From the NCBI GenBank assembly GCA_964016885.1, contig OZ024741.1:112406001-112470000 (forward strand): a stretch of DNA of 64,000 bases. Reading direction: 5' to 3'. Position 1 is the first letter of the stretch; every line of letters begins with the position of its first letter. The notes under the pieces were generated by a model, which made no database searches, had not been told where the DNA came from, and worked only from the letters and a program-made list of their open reading frames with translations. Both the position numbers and the translations under genes were made by a program. Shown piece by piece: positions 1 through 13,479 of the stretch. This stretch comes from Eledone cirrhosa. Taxonomy: Eukaryota.

Positions 1-730
1 CTGATAAAATCAATAAGAGAAAATTATGTAAAGAAACATAAAACATTAAATGTACCTTCTCTCTGTCTTGTATCTCTCATACCATGTCAATTATTGCTAT
101 TTTCTCTAATTCCAATCTTCTATACTAACTACTGTCTTCACTTCTTTGATCTCTCATATTCCTTACAGACATAATTTGAATCACATTTTTTCCACTGGTT
201 TTCCTACAGCGTAAAATAAAATTCTAATCACTCTTATCAAGTTCTTCCATCATTTCATGTTTCTTAACTATCTCAATATCCTCATTCGTTTGGCCTAAAC
301 TTCAACTTCTCAAACCAATTTTCTTTCTGTAATGATTAGTAGTATTACTGTTATTGTTTAGTTATTTTTCATTTTACAGCAGTTTGATATTATTTATTAG
401 AGATTATTTTCTTTACAATATAATACTCATAAACTAGATTTTGACAGGTTTCAGCACATTGACCTTAAACAATTGCTATATTATCATGATCAGATATGAT
501 ACATTCGATATTAATTACATTTTTGGATTTAGGCACTCTATGGTATTTCAGTTCATATATATAATGATGTTTTCTTGAAAAATAGTTCTGAGAAAATTTA
601 ATTTTGAACTTTGTTCACGAGGAGCTTTTTATTTTGGCTAACTTTTTCTCCATTTTCCCCATTATTTTTCCTTTTTGTTTATTTTCAGGAGACATATGTT
701 TTTTTTACTAAATCAGACATTTTGTGAAAA

Positions 731-916
731 TAATTGTTTCTACTTTTGGCACAAGGCCAGCAATTACCCCAGTGCATTACTGGTACTCTATTTTATCAAC
801 CCCGTAAGGATGAAAGGCAAAGTTAACCTTGGCGGGATTTGAACTCAGAATAGCAAGGGCCGTAACTCTATGCGTCAAAGCATGGCGTCCGACCCTCTAC
901 CGATACTGTCAATCCA
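731..916 (-). mobile_element. tRNA-derived SINE family A
   Basis: Minus strand has A-box-like TGACAGTATCGGTA, B-box GAGTTCAAATCCC, body GCCTTTCATCCTTACGGGG..ATAAAATA..GTACCAG and tail GGCCTTGTGCCAAAAGTAGAAACAATTA; at least 8 similar copies in the window. Confidence 0.85.
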
Positions 917-1957
917 ATTTGTTGTACATTTGCTTTTCTCATCGAACCTTAGTGAAAGTTGTCTTTTTTACTTAGTTTGAGAATAGCTAAAATCTACAAT
1001 TGGATACCCTGTCTAATATTACTAACCCTTAACAATTACGAAATTAGTCAAAATGTCTAACACAGGTTGCTTGGCTATAGTTACAAAACAATGACCATTA
1101 AACGGTCTTTAGTTAACATTGTTGTCTCTGGGCACCACAAATTTGAAAACAAACTTTAATAATTATGCCTCAATCAATAGTGGAGCCTATACTTCTGGAT
1201 TTATTAATGAAATAAATTTCTAACTAGTAAACTGCTTGCATATTTTATTGCCTCATCATAAAATATGCCTGATTCCTTTCATTACAACATCTAAATTCCT
1301 ATTTCCTTATATTTCCAATGTATTCAATGTAACCCGAAGCACAGAACTTATTTAAGTATAAATCTAAGCTGGCTGCCAAAGTAGAGGCAATTGGTTTCAT
1401 TGGATTGCTCCTTGACTAGTACTAGCAGTGATTGATAGTTTGCTGCTTGCAATTAGACACTTTAACCCTTTCATTACCATACTTCTCAGGAAAAACATTA
1501 CATATATGTTTCACTTAATTTTAAACATAATTATAAATTAGGAGCAATTGAATAAAATAACTGGCTTTTTAATGGTGTTTGGAACATCACTTAACATTTC
1601 GTAAATAAGATTATAATGGAAGGGTTTACTATAAATGTGAATACTTTTAAATAGGCAGTTCTGTATCATAAAATCAGGACCAGTTTCTGATAAGTTGGTA
1701 TCAAAAGCATTAAGTTAACAAAACAGCACTATAAATAATACTAATACCTACAGCTGTTTTTTTGTTTAATAATTTTACTTTTATTAACTTCATTTTCTAT
1801 ACATACTAACCGGAAATTATTCGGCTATTCTAAAGAGAACATTAGTCTCCTGATTTTGTCATAGTAAAAATTGCTCTTCTCAATTCACATGATGACATAA
1901 TTATCCTTGCATATTTTTTGCCCGTTGCAAGAGAATGTTTTTACGTACCACCATTAT

Positions 1958-2090
1958 GTCTTCCTGATTTCTATTGGTTGTAACGTTTTTTGAAATATTT
2001 ACTTCTGCATCTATAGATTGATATTCTCAGTTTCAGAAGATTCCATATAGGGTGAAAGCAGAAATTCTTTGCTTAAACTTAATCTGTACT
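1958..2090 (+). mobile_element. Penelope-like terminal-repeat remnant
   Basis: Homologous to the reverse complement of ~15055-15190; contains a hammerhead motif. Confidence 0.55.
2029..2079 (+). ncRNA. Type I hammerhead ribozyme-like motif, CAGAAGA core variant
   Basis: AGTTT-CAGAAGA-TTCCatataGGGT-GAAA-GCA..TGC-TT-AAACT; stems I and III pair, stem II is short. Confidence 0.6.
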
Positions 2091-2137
2091 AATAATAGAT
2101 ATTTACTCTATGGGTTTATACCTGCTTTTATATGTAT

Positions 2138-2138
<1 letters not shown>

Positions 2139-2173
<35 letters not shown>

Positions 2174-2484
2174 CGTCCGCTTTTCCCTGCTTGCAAGGGT
2201 GGGACGGGAACTGATTCTAGCTTGATTTCTACAGCTGGATGCCCTTCCTAACACCAACCTCATTTACAGTGAATGCTGGGTGCTTTTTTCCGTGGCACCT
2301 CCACAACCACTTTGCAGTGGAATGATATGGACCCCAATCCAATCATCTCATTTCTACAGCTGAGTAAACAGGAGCAATGTGAAATAAAGTCTCTTGCTCA
2401 AGGAAACAACACATCACCCGGTCTGAGAATTGAGCTCACAACCTTTCGATTGCAAGCAATGCTCTAACCACTAAGTCATGTGCC

Positions 2485-2488
<4 letters not shown>
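2139..2488 (-). mobile_element. tRNA-derived SINE family B with RTE-derived body and 3' tail
   Basis: Pol III A/B-box head (TGACTTAGTGG..GAGCTCAATTC), GTTGTTTCCTTGAGCAAGA segment, 31-nt tail identical to the RTE LINE 3' end, (TGA)n tail; second copy at 32611-32943. Confidence 0.85.
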
Positions 2489-2521
<33 letters not shown>

Positions 2522-2526
<5 letters not shown>

Positions 2527-2747
2527 GTGAGGAAGAGGCTAGCCAAGAGAGGGTGACTAGCAGAGGGGGTGAGTGAAAGTAAGAGGGAGAAGGATATAAG
2601 TAGTAATAACCACAAAACCCAAAATTTGAAGAGGGCTCAATAAAGATTGTGTATATATATATATACTACTTATATCCTTCTCCCTCTTACTTTCACTCAC
2701 CCCCTCTGCTAGTCACCCTCTCTCGGCTAGCCTCTTTCTCACACTTT
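2522..2747. repeat. 84-bp inverted repeat next to (TA)n
   Basis: Arms 2522-2605 and 2664-2747, two mismatches by eye. Confidence 0.85.
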
Positions 2748-3230
2748 CACTCACTCACTCTCTGCTACTCACCCTCTCTCCAACTTCATCCATCGTCCCA
2801 CACCGTACAAGATTCTTTCCTCGCTCACATCCGCACGGCCAGGATGTGTCTTTGCCTTCTCGTCAATATTCGCAAGTTCTTATGTTCGAAATGAATTATT
2901 GACTTGATTTTCTCATTTTTTCCTCTCTTTACATTGCCTCACCATTCATGTTTGTTTACATGTCTCTCTTTCTCCTCCCAACTCTTTTTATCCCAATAAC
3001 TTAATTTAGTTATTGTATCGCCCTAGCTGGAGGTATATAGTCTGTAATGCGAAGAAATGCATATGATGCCTAGTAGATATTCCTAACTTCCATTTCTAAT
3101 TCTTCATTTATTATACATAAATGCAACAACATAGCTCGCCATTTTTCATTTATATATATATGTGTGTGTGTGCCTGTGTATATGTGTATGCGTGTGTATA
3201 CATGTGTGTATGTATGCATGTGTGTATACA

Positions 3231-6200
3231 TCATCATCATCATCATCATTTTACGTCCGCTTTTCCCTGCTTGCAAGGGTGGGGTGGGTCTTATTCAGCA
3301 CAGCATCTCTCCACTCGCCACGGTCCTTCGTCATCTCCGCCATGAGCTTCAATGATCTGAGGTCTGTTCTCACCACCTCCGCCCATGTTTTTCTTGGTCT
3401 ACCTCTACCACGTCTTCATTCAACTGGCATTTCCTGGCATTTCTTCATCTATCGGTCATCCTCCATGCGCATCACATGTCCATACCACCTCAGTTTCCTC
3501 TCTCGTACACTACACTCTATCCCTCTCAGACACAGTTTCTCTCTCAACACATTCATGCTGGGTCGTTCACGCACATTTACACTGCACATCCAACGGAGCA
3601 TGCTTGCCTCATTTCTCTCCAACCGTCGCATATCCTCTGCAGTTGCTGCCCATGTCTCACAACCATGCAGCATTGCGCTCCTCACACAGGCATCATACAA
3701 CCGGCCTTTCGTACGCAGGGAGAAACCCTTCTTCATCATCAGAGGAAGCAGCTCCCTAAACTTCTTCCAACCCTTCCTTATTCTAGATACTATGGCCTCG
3801 GAACACCCTCCTCCCATGCTAATCTGATCTCCTAGGTACCGGAGCTATCCACCACTTCTATAGCGCCCTCCTGCATCTGAAAAATGTGTCTATCAATGCG
3901 ACTTCTACTGTCTAATTTCCCTGTAAATCTACTGCATACATATTTCTCCCTACCTGTTAGTTTGCCTGCTATCCCACTACATCTCTTGTGTACCCAGGAT
4001 CTGCATTGTGTACATTTTATAGAATTTATGCCAGTTCATTTTCTGCATATCGAACATGGCTATTTCCCTGACGGAATCAGAGTTTTGTCCTCTTTTCTAC
4101 TCATCAACACTTTTGTCTTAGCTAGGTTCACTCTCAGTCCTCTTCCTTCCAACTGCTGTTTCCATAGCCAGAATTTATTCTCTAGCTCCTCTACTGATTC
4201 TGCTATAAGAACCAGATCGTCAGCATAGAGAAGTTCCCATGGACAGCCAGTCTTAAACACCTCTGTTATGGCTTGGAGGACTATAATGAACAAGAGCGGG
4301 CTTAGGACCAAACCTTGATGTACTCCTACTTGTATCTGGAATTCCTCACTAAACTCCATTCCTACCCTGACTTTACTGAGAGTACCTCTGTACAAAGTTT
4401 GCACTGTCTTCACAAGCCATTCCTCAACACCTAGCTTCCTTAGGGACCACCAGATGACAGATCGGGGTACCCTATCAAAGGCTATCTCTAGGTCAACAAA
4501 AGCTAAGTATAGTGGCTTATTATTCTCTAAGAACCTCTCTTGCAATTGTATCACCAAGAAGAGGGCATCTGTTGTACTCTTCCCAGGCACAAAACCAAAC
4601 TGCATCTCATCTAGTTTGACCCTTTCTCTAATTAGTTGTGCTAATATCCTTTCTGCCACTTTCATAACCTGATCCATCAGTTTTATACCCCTATAATTGC
4701 TCCTCTCCAGAGCATCCCCTTTACCTTTGTAGCAATTTATGAGAACACTGCTGCACCAGTCTTTGGGTATGACACTACCATATATAGCCTGATTGAGGAT
4801 GCGTGCAACCAGTTTAGTGCCTACGTCCCCTGATGCCTTCAGCATCTCAGCAACTATTCCCGATGATCCAGCAGCCTTACCATTTTTCATTTCCCTAATC
4901 GCCTCTTGGACCCTATATTCGTCAATCTCAATAGCTGGTCCCTCTGTCGGATCTACTAAGGGTAATTTCTCTCTCTCCCATGCGTTCTCCACATTCATCA
5001 GTCTCTCATAATGACATTTCCAGGCCTCCTTTTTCTGATCATTCGTGACACTAAGTACACCGACATCATCCCGGACACATTTATCTCCAACAACATCCTG
5101 ATTTGCATTGACACACTGCCTTGCAATGTGGAACACCGTACGCCTCTGATCTTCCCATCGCAGAACATTGGCAAATCTCCTACTCTCCAACTCCCTGCGT
5201 GCTAAGTACACGTGACGTCTAGCTTCTCTGTTAGTGGCTGTATATTCTTCCCTACTCCCACCCTTTTTCCAAGCCTTCCATGCTAGTCTTTTGTCTCTAA
5301 TGGCCTTATCTACTGTGCTGTTCCACCACCAGGTCACTCTCTGTTTGGTTGGAGCTCTGCTCCAGCCACAAGTTTCATCAGTAGCCTGCAGCAAGTTGTC
5401 ACGTAAGAAATTCCAGTTATTATCTATGTCATACGTCTCTAAATCGACTTCTTTTTCGTCATATACATCTTGAAGAGCTTTCCTAAATTTGTATTTTAGT
5501 GAAGGCCTTTTAGCTTCCAGACCTTTCTTCTCCACACCTTCCTATATGTCTCATTCCATCTCTTGCTTACTGAGATATCACTAACGATTAACCTATGCTG
5601 TGGGGTACATTCTTCTCCAGGGTATGCCTTGGTATTAGACACTATCTGCCTGTCCCACTGCCTAACTAGTAAGAAGTCAATCTGGTTTATGTGCTCACCA
5701 GATTTGTAGGTTATTAGGTGATTGGCAGGTTTCTGGAAGTTTGTGTTGCAAATAGTCAATGTACCTGCATCACAAAATTCAAGAAGTCTCACTCCTTCTT
5801 CATTTCTTGAGCCGTAACCGTGCCCACCATGTACCCCAGTGTAACCATCCTAGAGCTGTCCAACATGACCATTGAAGTCTCCTGCTAGCATAATGATGTC
5901 TCCGTCCTCTGTCATTGCGGTTGTTTGTAAAAGTTGCTCGTAAAAGCAGTCTTTCTCAACTTTGCCTAGGCCTGCTTGGGGAGCATAGGCCGAGATGATT
6001 GTCAGTAGTCTCCTGCCTACAACTAATCTAAGCTTAATTATTCGATTACTTACTCGAACTACCTCTATTGTCTTATTGATCCATTTCTCAGCCAGGAAAA
6101 TGCCTACTCCGCCTAACCCATCATCCTTACCTACCCAGAATAGCTTATAGCTAAGACGTTTGCCTACGACTAGTCTCGCAGAGGCACCTCTCCATCTCAC

Positions 6201-6450
6201 CTCTTGCACGCAGCACACATCCACATGCCTTCTCTCCAGCATCTCCGCTATTTCAGCAGATCTACCTCTGAGAGTGCCAACATTAAGTGTTGCAACTCTG
6301 AGATGCGACGTCTTCATATTTTGTTGTTGTTCCTATTTGTTGCTGTGCTGATAAACGTTTTGGCATTGTTACACTGATTGGATGCCCCTCCTAACACCAG
6401 CACCACTTTACAGCATGGGCTGGGTGCTTTTATTTGTGCCACCAGCACTA
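3231..6450 (-). mobile_element. Near full-length RTE-clade LINE, disrupted
   Basis: APE endonuclease (TLNVGTL, VQEVRW, AYAPQ, GDFNGHVG, IDFLL, QHRL), RT (NYRGIKL, QFGF, FVDLEIAFD, HQG..LSP, YADD), (TGA)n tail, 5' UTR motif. Confidence 0.95.
3290..6317 (-). pseudogene. RTE EN-RT ORF broken by stops and frameshifts
   Basis: Collinear ORF pieces 5850-6317, 5496-5792, 4060-5535, 3449-3817. Confidence 0.9.
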
Positions 6451-6754
6451 GAGAGGATGTCTTACTAGACTCAAGGGCCCTCTCTACCCCTCCATTTTAC
6501 AGCATGGTCATTAAAAAAACAACAAAAAAACTTATTGACACGACACCACACACACACTCACACACCAACACTCATGCATACAAACCACAAACACACACAC
6601 GCCACTCACATACCAACACTCATTCATGCATACAAACACACACACCACTCACAAACACACACATATATATTACCGACAGTACTGATACAAATACAAAATC
6701 GAAATCATGTCAACTGTTGACTTTTCCCAGTCCAGTTCAGTTTTTATATAATAA

Positions 6755-7105
6755 TAATAATAATTGTTTGCTTTACGCTGGTAATGGTGGTGGTGGTGGT
6801 GAATTGTGTCAGTATGGTGATGGTGGTGGTGGTGGATGGTCCGTGATGGTGGTGGCAGTTGTTGCTGTAGTTGTTATTGTTGTTGCTGTTGTTGTTGCTG
6901 TTGTTGTTGTTGTTGCTGCTGCTGCTGCTGCTGCCGTTGTTGTTCTTCATTTCACTGATGCTGCAGACAATGGTGTTGATGCTGTTATTGTAGTCGCATA
7001 TATATAAATACATACATACATACACATTCAACACAGACAATGGTGTTGTTGCTGTTGTTGTTGCTGTTATTGTTGTTGTTGTAGTTGTAGTTGTTGCTGT
7101 GTTGA
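6755..7105. repeat. Compound trinucleotide microsatellite (TAA/GGT/GTT/GCT)
   Basis: Directly visible. Confidence 0.9.
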
Positions 7106-7809
7106 AATCTGGTCGCATCCACTGAGATATACATATACATACGCATATACACACACATATATATATACATATACACATACATACATCAAAAGAGTTAGCA
7201 GTATGTCAACAGCCAACAGGTCAGCCACCTTAGATAGAGTAATGAGTTATGTGGTGATGGTGGGGAGCGAGTGTAGACGTTATTGTTATTGTGGTGGTGG
7301 GGGTCAGTGAGATGTACAAGTTCATAGTTCACTTATCTCTTTTCCTCTCTCTTCAAAATTTTGAATTTATGGCCTTTTGCAATGGTGGACAAGTATATAT
7401 ATATATATATAATATATAAGAAGCAAAGAAAATTTCAATGATAAGAAAGATTTCCTGGTGGAAGTTCAGGTGTACTCAGGGTTGGTATCCAGTTTCGGGG
7501 TGAAAATCCAATTAGAGAATCCAACGAATTTTGAGAGGTCCACGTAAGCATTGATATATATATATGTATGTAAAATGTAAACAGAAATAACAACACATAT
7601 ACTAATGAACATGTTTTTACATTAAACACAGAGGGACATCTGTAAATGATAATAACAATAATAGATATAAATGTACATATCTCTATTGGTCTCATAATTT
7701 TTATTATTTTTTTTATTTCCTTGTGTGTTGCTGCTGACTCTAGCAGAGCCCAAGAAAACACGTCTTGCCTTAACAGCTGCCGGGTTTCTATATATGTCCA
7801 TATATATAA

Positions 7810-10640
7810 AAAGAGTCAGGACCCCGACAGCTGAGCTACTCTAAGTATTGAGTACTCTGGTGCATTATGGTCCACCTGGTATTTTACCACACCCACTTTA
7901 TTATATATACACACATGCCTATGTTGCATGAGCAGCGACTCTGTCTGCTAATTCTACTAATGGGGCTTTGATAGAAGGTAAGTTCTTCCTTAAACCGACT
8001 ATTTTTAAGGGGCCTGGTTGAAGTGCAGTGCATTTTCCATGCATATCTTCTCATTAGCAGATAAGAGTGATATATTCTTTACCAAATTTTTAGTTATATT
8101 CCTTTGGTAGTTTGAGTATTGGTAGATGTAATGTAAGTTTTCATTGGGTTTCTGGAAGGGGTAGTGCAGTTGGTTCACCAAGTTTAGGGTTACGTCTAAG
8201 AAGTTGGTACAAGTGAGGGACGTCTGTAAGGTAACCTTAAATCCTAAATTCTGGAAGAACTTGATGAGATATGTTTGTGATCCTAGTCCATACTATTGGG
8301 GTTGTATCCAGTAAAAGTTACATTGTCAAACCTTATGCAGGAGAATGCTGCCCATGCAATTTATGTTCTGAGGAGACAATGTAAATGTTATACACCAATT
8401 AACTAAAAAAGATGAACTTGTGACCTTGTGCAAACAGTGGATTTACAAAACATACCTCAACTTCAGACCTCTCAATCCCAGGTGTAAGACACTTTTTCCA
8501 CACTGCAATAGACACCCGAGGTTATCATAGTACATTTGCATACACTATTATATATCCCCACTGGCAAACATATACTTAGGTCTACAGAGCAGAATTGCAC
8601 AAATGAGCACAATTCCACACAAACTTTATCAGCAGACTTCACTAGCACCTATAAATACATACAGAACTGGCTCTTATTAAAGCACTTGAGCCGACAGTGT
8701 CACACCAAAACATACATACCATCACTAAACAAAATTAATAGCACATGAAACCTGTACATAAGCAACTCATCTTGCACATTCAACCTTACCCAAGCTGCAC
8801 ACCCAACCCTTCAACCACATACAATTACTCCTAAAGAGGTACGTACCACAACATTTTTTATGATAGTGACATTAAAATGACAACACCCACACTAGCACCC
8901 CATCACAGAAATATAAGTACCTAATTGCATGTGGACAGACCCCCGTGACTCCCCTTCGAACACACATATGTACCAAAGAAAAACATAGGCCTCTTACATT
9001 GTACTAGCAGAATGGCCCGGCGTTGCTCGGGCTTCTAAACGTTAGATTGGCATGTTTATCCCTCCTTTCTGAAACAGAACAGAGAAGTACGGAATACCTC
9101 GGCCTGAGGATGGTGTCTACATTTTGTGCTTATAAAAAAAATTCGTCGTAGATTACCAGGGGTTTAACTTAATTGGGTGCCTGAGAGTAAAATGTTCAAC
9201 CCACGAAAGCCAAGACGATAGGGTTAAATAAAAAAGGCCTTCGACAAACGGAACATGAATTTGTTGTGCTATGGTACAATGAAAGTTACAGAGCAGTAAA
9301 CATGTGGGACTGCAGTGGTGGAGAGCATGAAGAAATTTAGTTGGATACTTTTAAGGTTACAAAAACCTACCCAATCTGATATAGACCGAACTGTTATATT
9401 GGATGCTGAACGTTTCATAATTACTATTGGGGTCACCATCAACAATTTCAAAGGATGTACGTTTAAGTAGGGATAATATAGTCTATAAAGAGAGGAAACT
9501 CTTTCAAAATACTAAAGAGTTGTCTTTCTTGAACATTGTAGACAAAATTGCCGAACTGAACTGACAAAAAGGGCTTAAAGTTTTAGTGAAAAAACAACGC
9601 CTTTAACGACAGAAAATTGAAAAATAAAAGCTGCAGTTAGTATCTTTAGACCGCAAGGAATATATAAATGCAAGTTTGAAGTCTATCGGAGTAGAAATGT
9701 GGATTTGTAAAGACTTTGCTAAAATTAGGACACACAGACGATCTCAGTTTTATATATATATGTATAGATAATACATAGTAATTACCCACTCCATCTATTC
9801 CACTGTAAATACATGAAATATAATCACCACAACAACTCCGTAGTACCACAAAATGTGATTTTCGTAAGAAAATCAAGTCTAATGTGACTTGTACTAGCGT
9901 AGTTATAGTGAATAAACTTGAGCCAAACTTCCACTAGATTTTACTTTAATAGCACTGGCTTGTAGGCTAAAAGTGTATACTCTGGACTTTTTCATCATAT
10001 TAAACACTTATTGGATTATTGATTTCATTGACGCAGTTGTCATCTATGTTTTCTTTTAAGATATATCTGTGTAAAGTTTCGTTTTTAAAATACAAATTAT
10101 TAAGAAAGTCCAGGATTAGCTTATTTAAATAATATCCAATATCTTCAACTTAGTCAACCGTTGTCATACCACGTAGGTGTGGGCATTGATGAACCGGCTG
10201 GCTGTTCCTTGTTTTGACAGATATATTTCCCATTTTGTCAACTTAGACTATTCTTTGATTGGGGCAATTTGCTGCCAGCTATGACGCCAATTCAATAGAC
10301 CTGTTGTCTGAAGATCACAATAACCATACCTAGACACACATACATCCTAATATATTTTCTGAATAAATATAATCCCACCCCCTTTGCATGATTATTCTAT
10401 TTCAAGTTGACCACGCAGATACACTCGGATGCACACATACATATAAACACTCACTAAGCCAGAGAAACCGCACCCTCTGATGATACACATAGTCAACCAT
10501 CAAAGTCTTCCATAATCAGTCTGGAACTGGCTGTTGAAATGGCAATAGCTCAGCCGTCGGGTTCCTGACTCTTTATAACATAACCATACTTATCTACCTA
10601 CAAGTATCGAGTACTCGGTTAGAGTAATGGTCCTGATTTA
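7810..10640. mobile_element. Degenerate Penelope-like element with an inverted RT segment, interrupted by a Helitron
   Basis: Minus ~7960-8280 translates LIKFFQNLGFKV..TNFLDVTLNL..PNENLHYI, aligning to the thumb of the 16284-18649 ORF; plus ~8330-8450 gives KPY..CNLCSEE..DELVTLC (EN C-terminus); ~29-nt motif at ~7810-7838 recurs inverted at ~10546-10574. Confidence 0.55.
9004..9768 (-). mobile_element. Non-autonomous Helitron
   Basis: Minus strand starts A|TCTATAC.. and ends with hairpin CCCGAGCAACGCCGGG then CTAG|T; its 5' ~170 bp match 20230-20397. Confidence 0.85.
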
Positions 10641-10744
10641 TATATGTGTGTGTGTATATATATATATGTATATACACACACACACACACACACATACAGA
10701 CATACATACATTATTACTACTACTACTATTATTATTATTGGTAG

Positions 10745-11020
10745 ATTGGCAGATGGTCGGACGCCATGCTTTGCAGCATAGAGTTACGCCCCTTTATGAT
10801 CTGAGTTCAGATCCCGCCGAGGTTCACTTTGCCTTTCAGCCTTATGTGGTCAATAAAATAAAGTACCAGTCACGCACTGGGGTCGATTTAATCGCCCCCC
10901 CCCCCCCCCAAAAAAAAAAAATTGCTGGCCTTGTGCCTATATCAGAAATCATTATTATTAATCCCGCCGAGATTAACTTTACCTTTCATCCTTACGGGGT
11001 CTTGTGCCAAAAGTAGAAAT
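10745..11020 (+). mobile_element. SINE family A plus an internally deleted partial duplicate
   Basis: B-box GAGTTCAGATCCC, body and tail; second partial copy ~10960-11020. Confidence 0.8.
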
Positions 11021-11029
11021 AATAATTAT

Positions 11030-11111
11030 TATATATATTATTATTATATATATATATAATTATTATTATAAATATATATATATATATATCTACACACACA
11101 TATATACACAT

Positions 11112-11159
<48 letters not shown>

Positions 11160-11360
11160 TCATATATACACACACATATACATATATATATAAATACATA
11201 CATATATGTATACATACACATATATATATATATACACACACATACATATATACATATATACACATACACACACATACATGTATATATATGTATACACACA
11301 CACACACATACATATATATATATACACACAAACACACATACATATATATATATATGCATA
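11030..11360. repeat. (TA)n/(CA)n compound microsatellite
   Basis: Directly visible; source of spurious YI/HT ORFs. Confidence 0.95.
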
Positions 11361-11739
11361 TGAAATGATATACAAGATGTTTACGTTTAATACTCATAAA
11401 CACACCAGTTTTGTTATGAATGTTTATTATACATAAACATATCACAGATGCCTTCATACACTCCCCTATAATTAACCAGGCTATGTTAAAGCTACTCCTA
11501 ACTAATCCTAGCTGGTCAAATAAGCACCCCAAGCTGGTGCTTTATATGCAAAATTTCATATAAGCTTTAGCTTATTCTTGGTTCAACATTGAGTTAGTAA
11601 ATAATATAATAATTAAATTATTGTGTACAATGCTCAGGTGCACTACAATATCACCAATGATGGATAAATATCCAGTGACAGCTCTGACATTCTCACTGGC
11701 TACTGAAATAGCTGTGGCATACTCACAGTTTAAAACATT

Positions 11740-12631
11740 CATTGCGAAACTGTTATATGTATATCATAATCTATAAAGCTCAGTGTATGGACATGCTCCT
11801 TTGTTATAGAAATCTACGATATAGAATTACTTCAATTGAAATTTACAATTCAGTATTCGGAATAGCTTCGATTGCGTCTTGGCACATATCATTTTTTCAA
11901 TTTCACCCACAATTACGCAAAAAATAGATAAAACTCAATATTTTACGATTTTTCTCTCTCATTTAAACTGCTAAACTCTTTCCATTGCCATTCAAAATCT
12001 ATACAACTTCATACTTTCTGCTACTTTCTCTTTCCAAGCTTGATGGTGATACTGTCCGTTTTATTCTCTGATATCATCTGCTACCTCTATCTACAACCCA
12101 CACATTTTGCTACTTTCTCTTTTATACTTCAAACTTACTGATTTATTTCCAAACGCATACAAACACACACTCACTTCAAATGATAAAAAAACATTTAAAG
12201 CAATTAAACAACGTGCGTGATTTATAACCACACTAACTTTTAGTTGCTTCAAACTTAATGATTTATTTAACACACACTCACACATTTAAAGCAATTAAAC
12301 AACGTGCGTGATTGCCGAAGAGAGAGAAGAGAGTGAGAGGGAGAGAGAGAGAGAGAACGTTTATTATTACATAAAGTACCAGTAATGTACTGGGTAATTG
12401 CTGGCCTTGTGCCAAAAAAGTAGAAACAATTATTACATTTCATACGAAACGACAATTATTCAAAAGCAACAGATACATTTATTCAACAACAAGCGATAAA
12501 TCTTTTTTAAAACCTCTCAACGAACGTGGATTCTTATAGACTTTGAGTCGAATCGGTTTGAAATTGTGCAAATGTATAAACATGGAATATGTGCACACAC
12601 ACAACAACAACAACAATCTGCCTTTTATAGA
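11740..12631 (-). mobile_element. Probable Helitron 5' fragment
   Basis: Right end CACACAC..CTGCCTTTTATAGA|T resembles the 5' termini of the other two Helitrons; left boundary approximate. Confidence 0.45.
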
Positions 12632-12646
12632 TAATGATAAACAATA

Positions 12647-13015
12647 ATATCCTCTATGAGGTCACTAAACCTGCTAGAAACAGCAACTAACTCTCCCCCA
12701 TACCACACCCCTCCCTACTGTCTTAAATTTAGAAAACATATCTTCTATGAGGTCACTAAACCTGCTAGAAACAGCAGCTAACTCTCCCCCATATCACACC
12801 ACTCCCTACTGTCTTAAATTTAGAAAACACATATCCTCTATGAGGTTACTAAACCTGCTAGAAACAGCAGCTAACTCTCCCCCATATCACACCACTCCCT
12901 ACTGTCTTAAATTTAGAAAACACATATCCTCTATGAGGTCACTAAACCTGCTAGAAACAACAGCTAACTCTCCCTCATATCACAACCCTCCCTACTGTCT
13001 TAAATTTAGAAAACA
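12647..13015 (+). repeat. 93-bp minisatellite, about 4 units
   Basis: Unit ATATCCTCTATGAGGTCACTAAACCTGCTAGAAACAGCAGCTAACTCTCCCCC..CTGTCTTAAATTTAGAAAACAC. Confidence 0.95.
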
Positions 13016-13303
13016 CACAGACAACCATGCAGAACAACTCCATCGCAGCTCTGTTGTTCGGCTGGCATCGTCTACGCGCGTGTTGCGCAAGTACTGTGAA
13101 ACAATAAATTTCAACACTTTTTTGCACAGAGATAATATCCATAGGCGAAACTACAATTGTCACTGCTGGCGCAGCTCCTGCTTCCAGGTCTGCAATTCAT
13201 TCACCCAGTGCCTGGCAGACAAAAAAGTGCTGCCATAAAATGGGTGGTGCAACCTAACTTTGGTAACTTAATGACCCCGAGCAACGCCGGGCTTTAATGC
13301 TAG
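13016..13303 (+). mobile_element. Helitron 3' fragment
   Basis: Hairpin CCCGAGCAACGCCGGG at 13276-13291 followed by CTAG|T. Confidence 0.7.
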
Positions 13304-13479
13304 TTATACATAAAAGTATTGTATATGCTTTCATATACACACCTGTTACATATATAAGCCTGATATCTCAATCTCTAATTATAGTTAAAATATTCTCAGC
13401 TTGCAGCTAGACATTAATTATAGTTAAAATAGCAATGTCATGTGAAAATGGTTGTGCCATTTCCCCATTATTCTCATAT

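Noticed and set aside
2400-2488. tRNA genes at SINE heads
   Set aside because: A/B boxes are fused to SINE bodies and no full cloverleaf is evident
3162-3827. Long ORFs antisense to LINEs (also 62362-63801 and 44420-45364)
   Set aside because: Shadow frames of RT coding sequence
10478-10548. CTGATGA..GAAA hammerhead candidate
   Set aside because: No stem I partner after the UH site; at best a decayed relic
11004-11532. YI/HT/CV-rich ORFs here and at 19737-20194, 37364-37848 and 6378-7182
   Set aside because: Translations of microsatellites
12747-13238. 163-aa repeat protein, or a CRISPR-like array
   Set aside because: Head-to-tail 93-bp units with no unique spacers; the ORF is open because the unit length is a multiple of three
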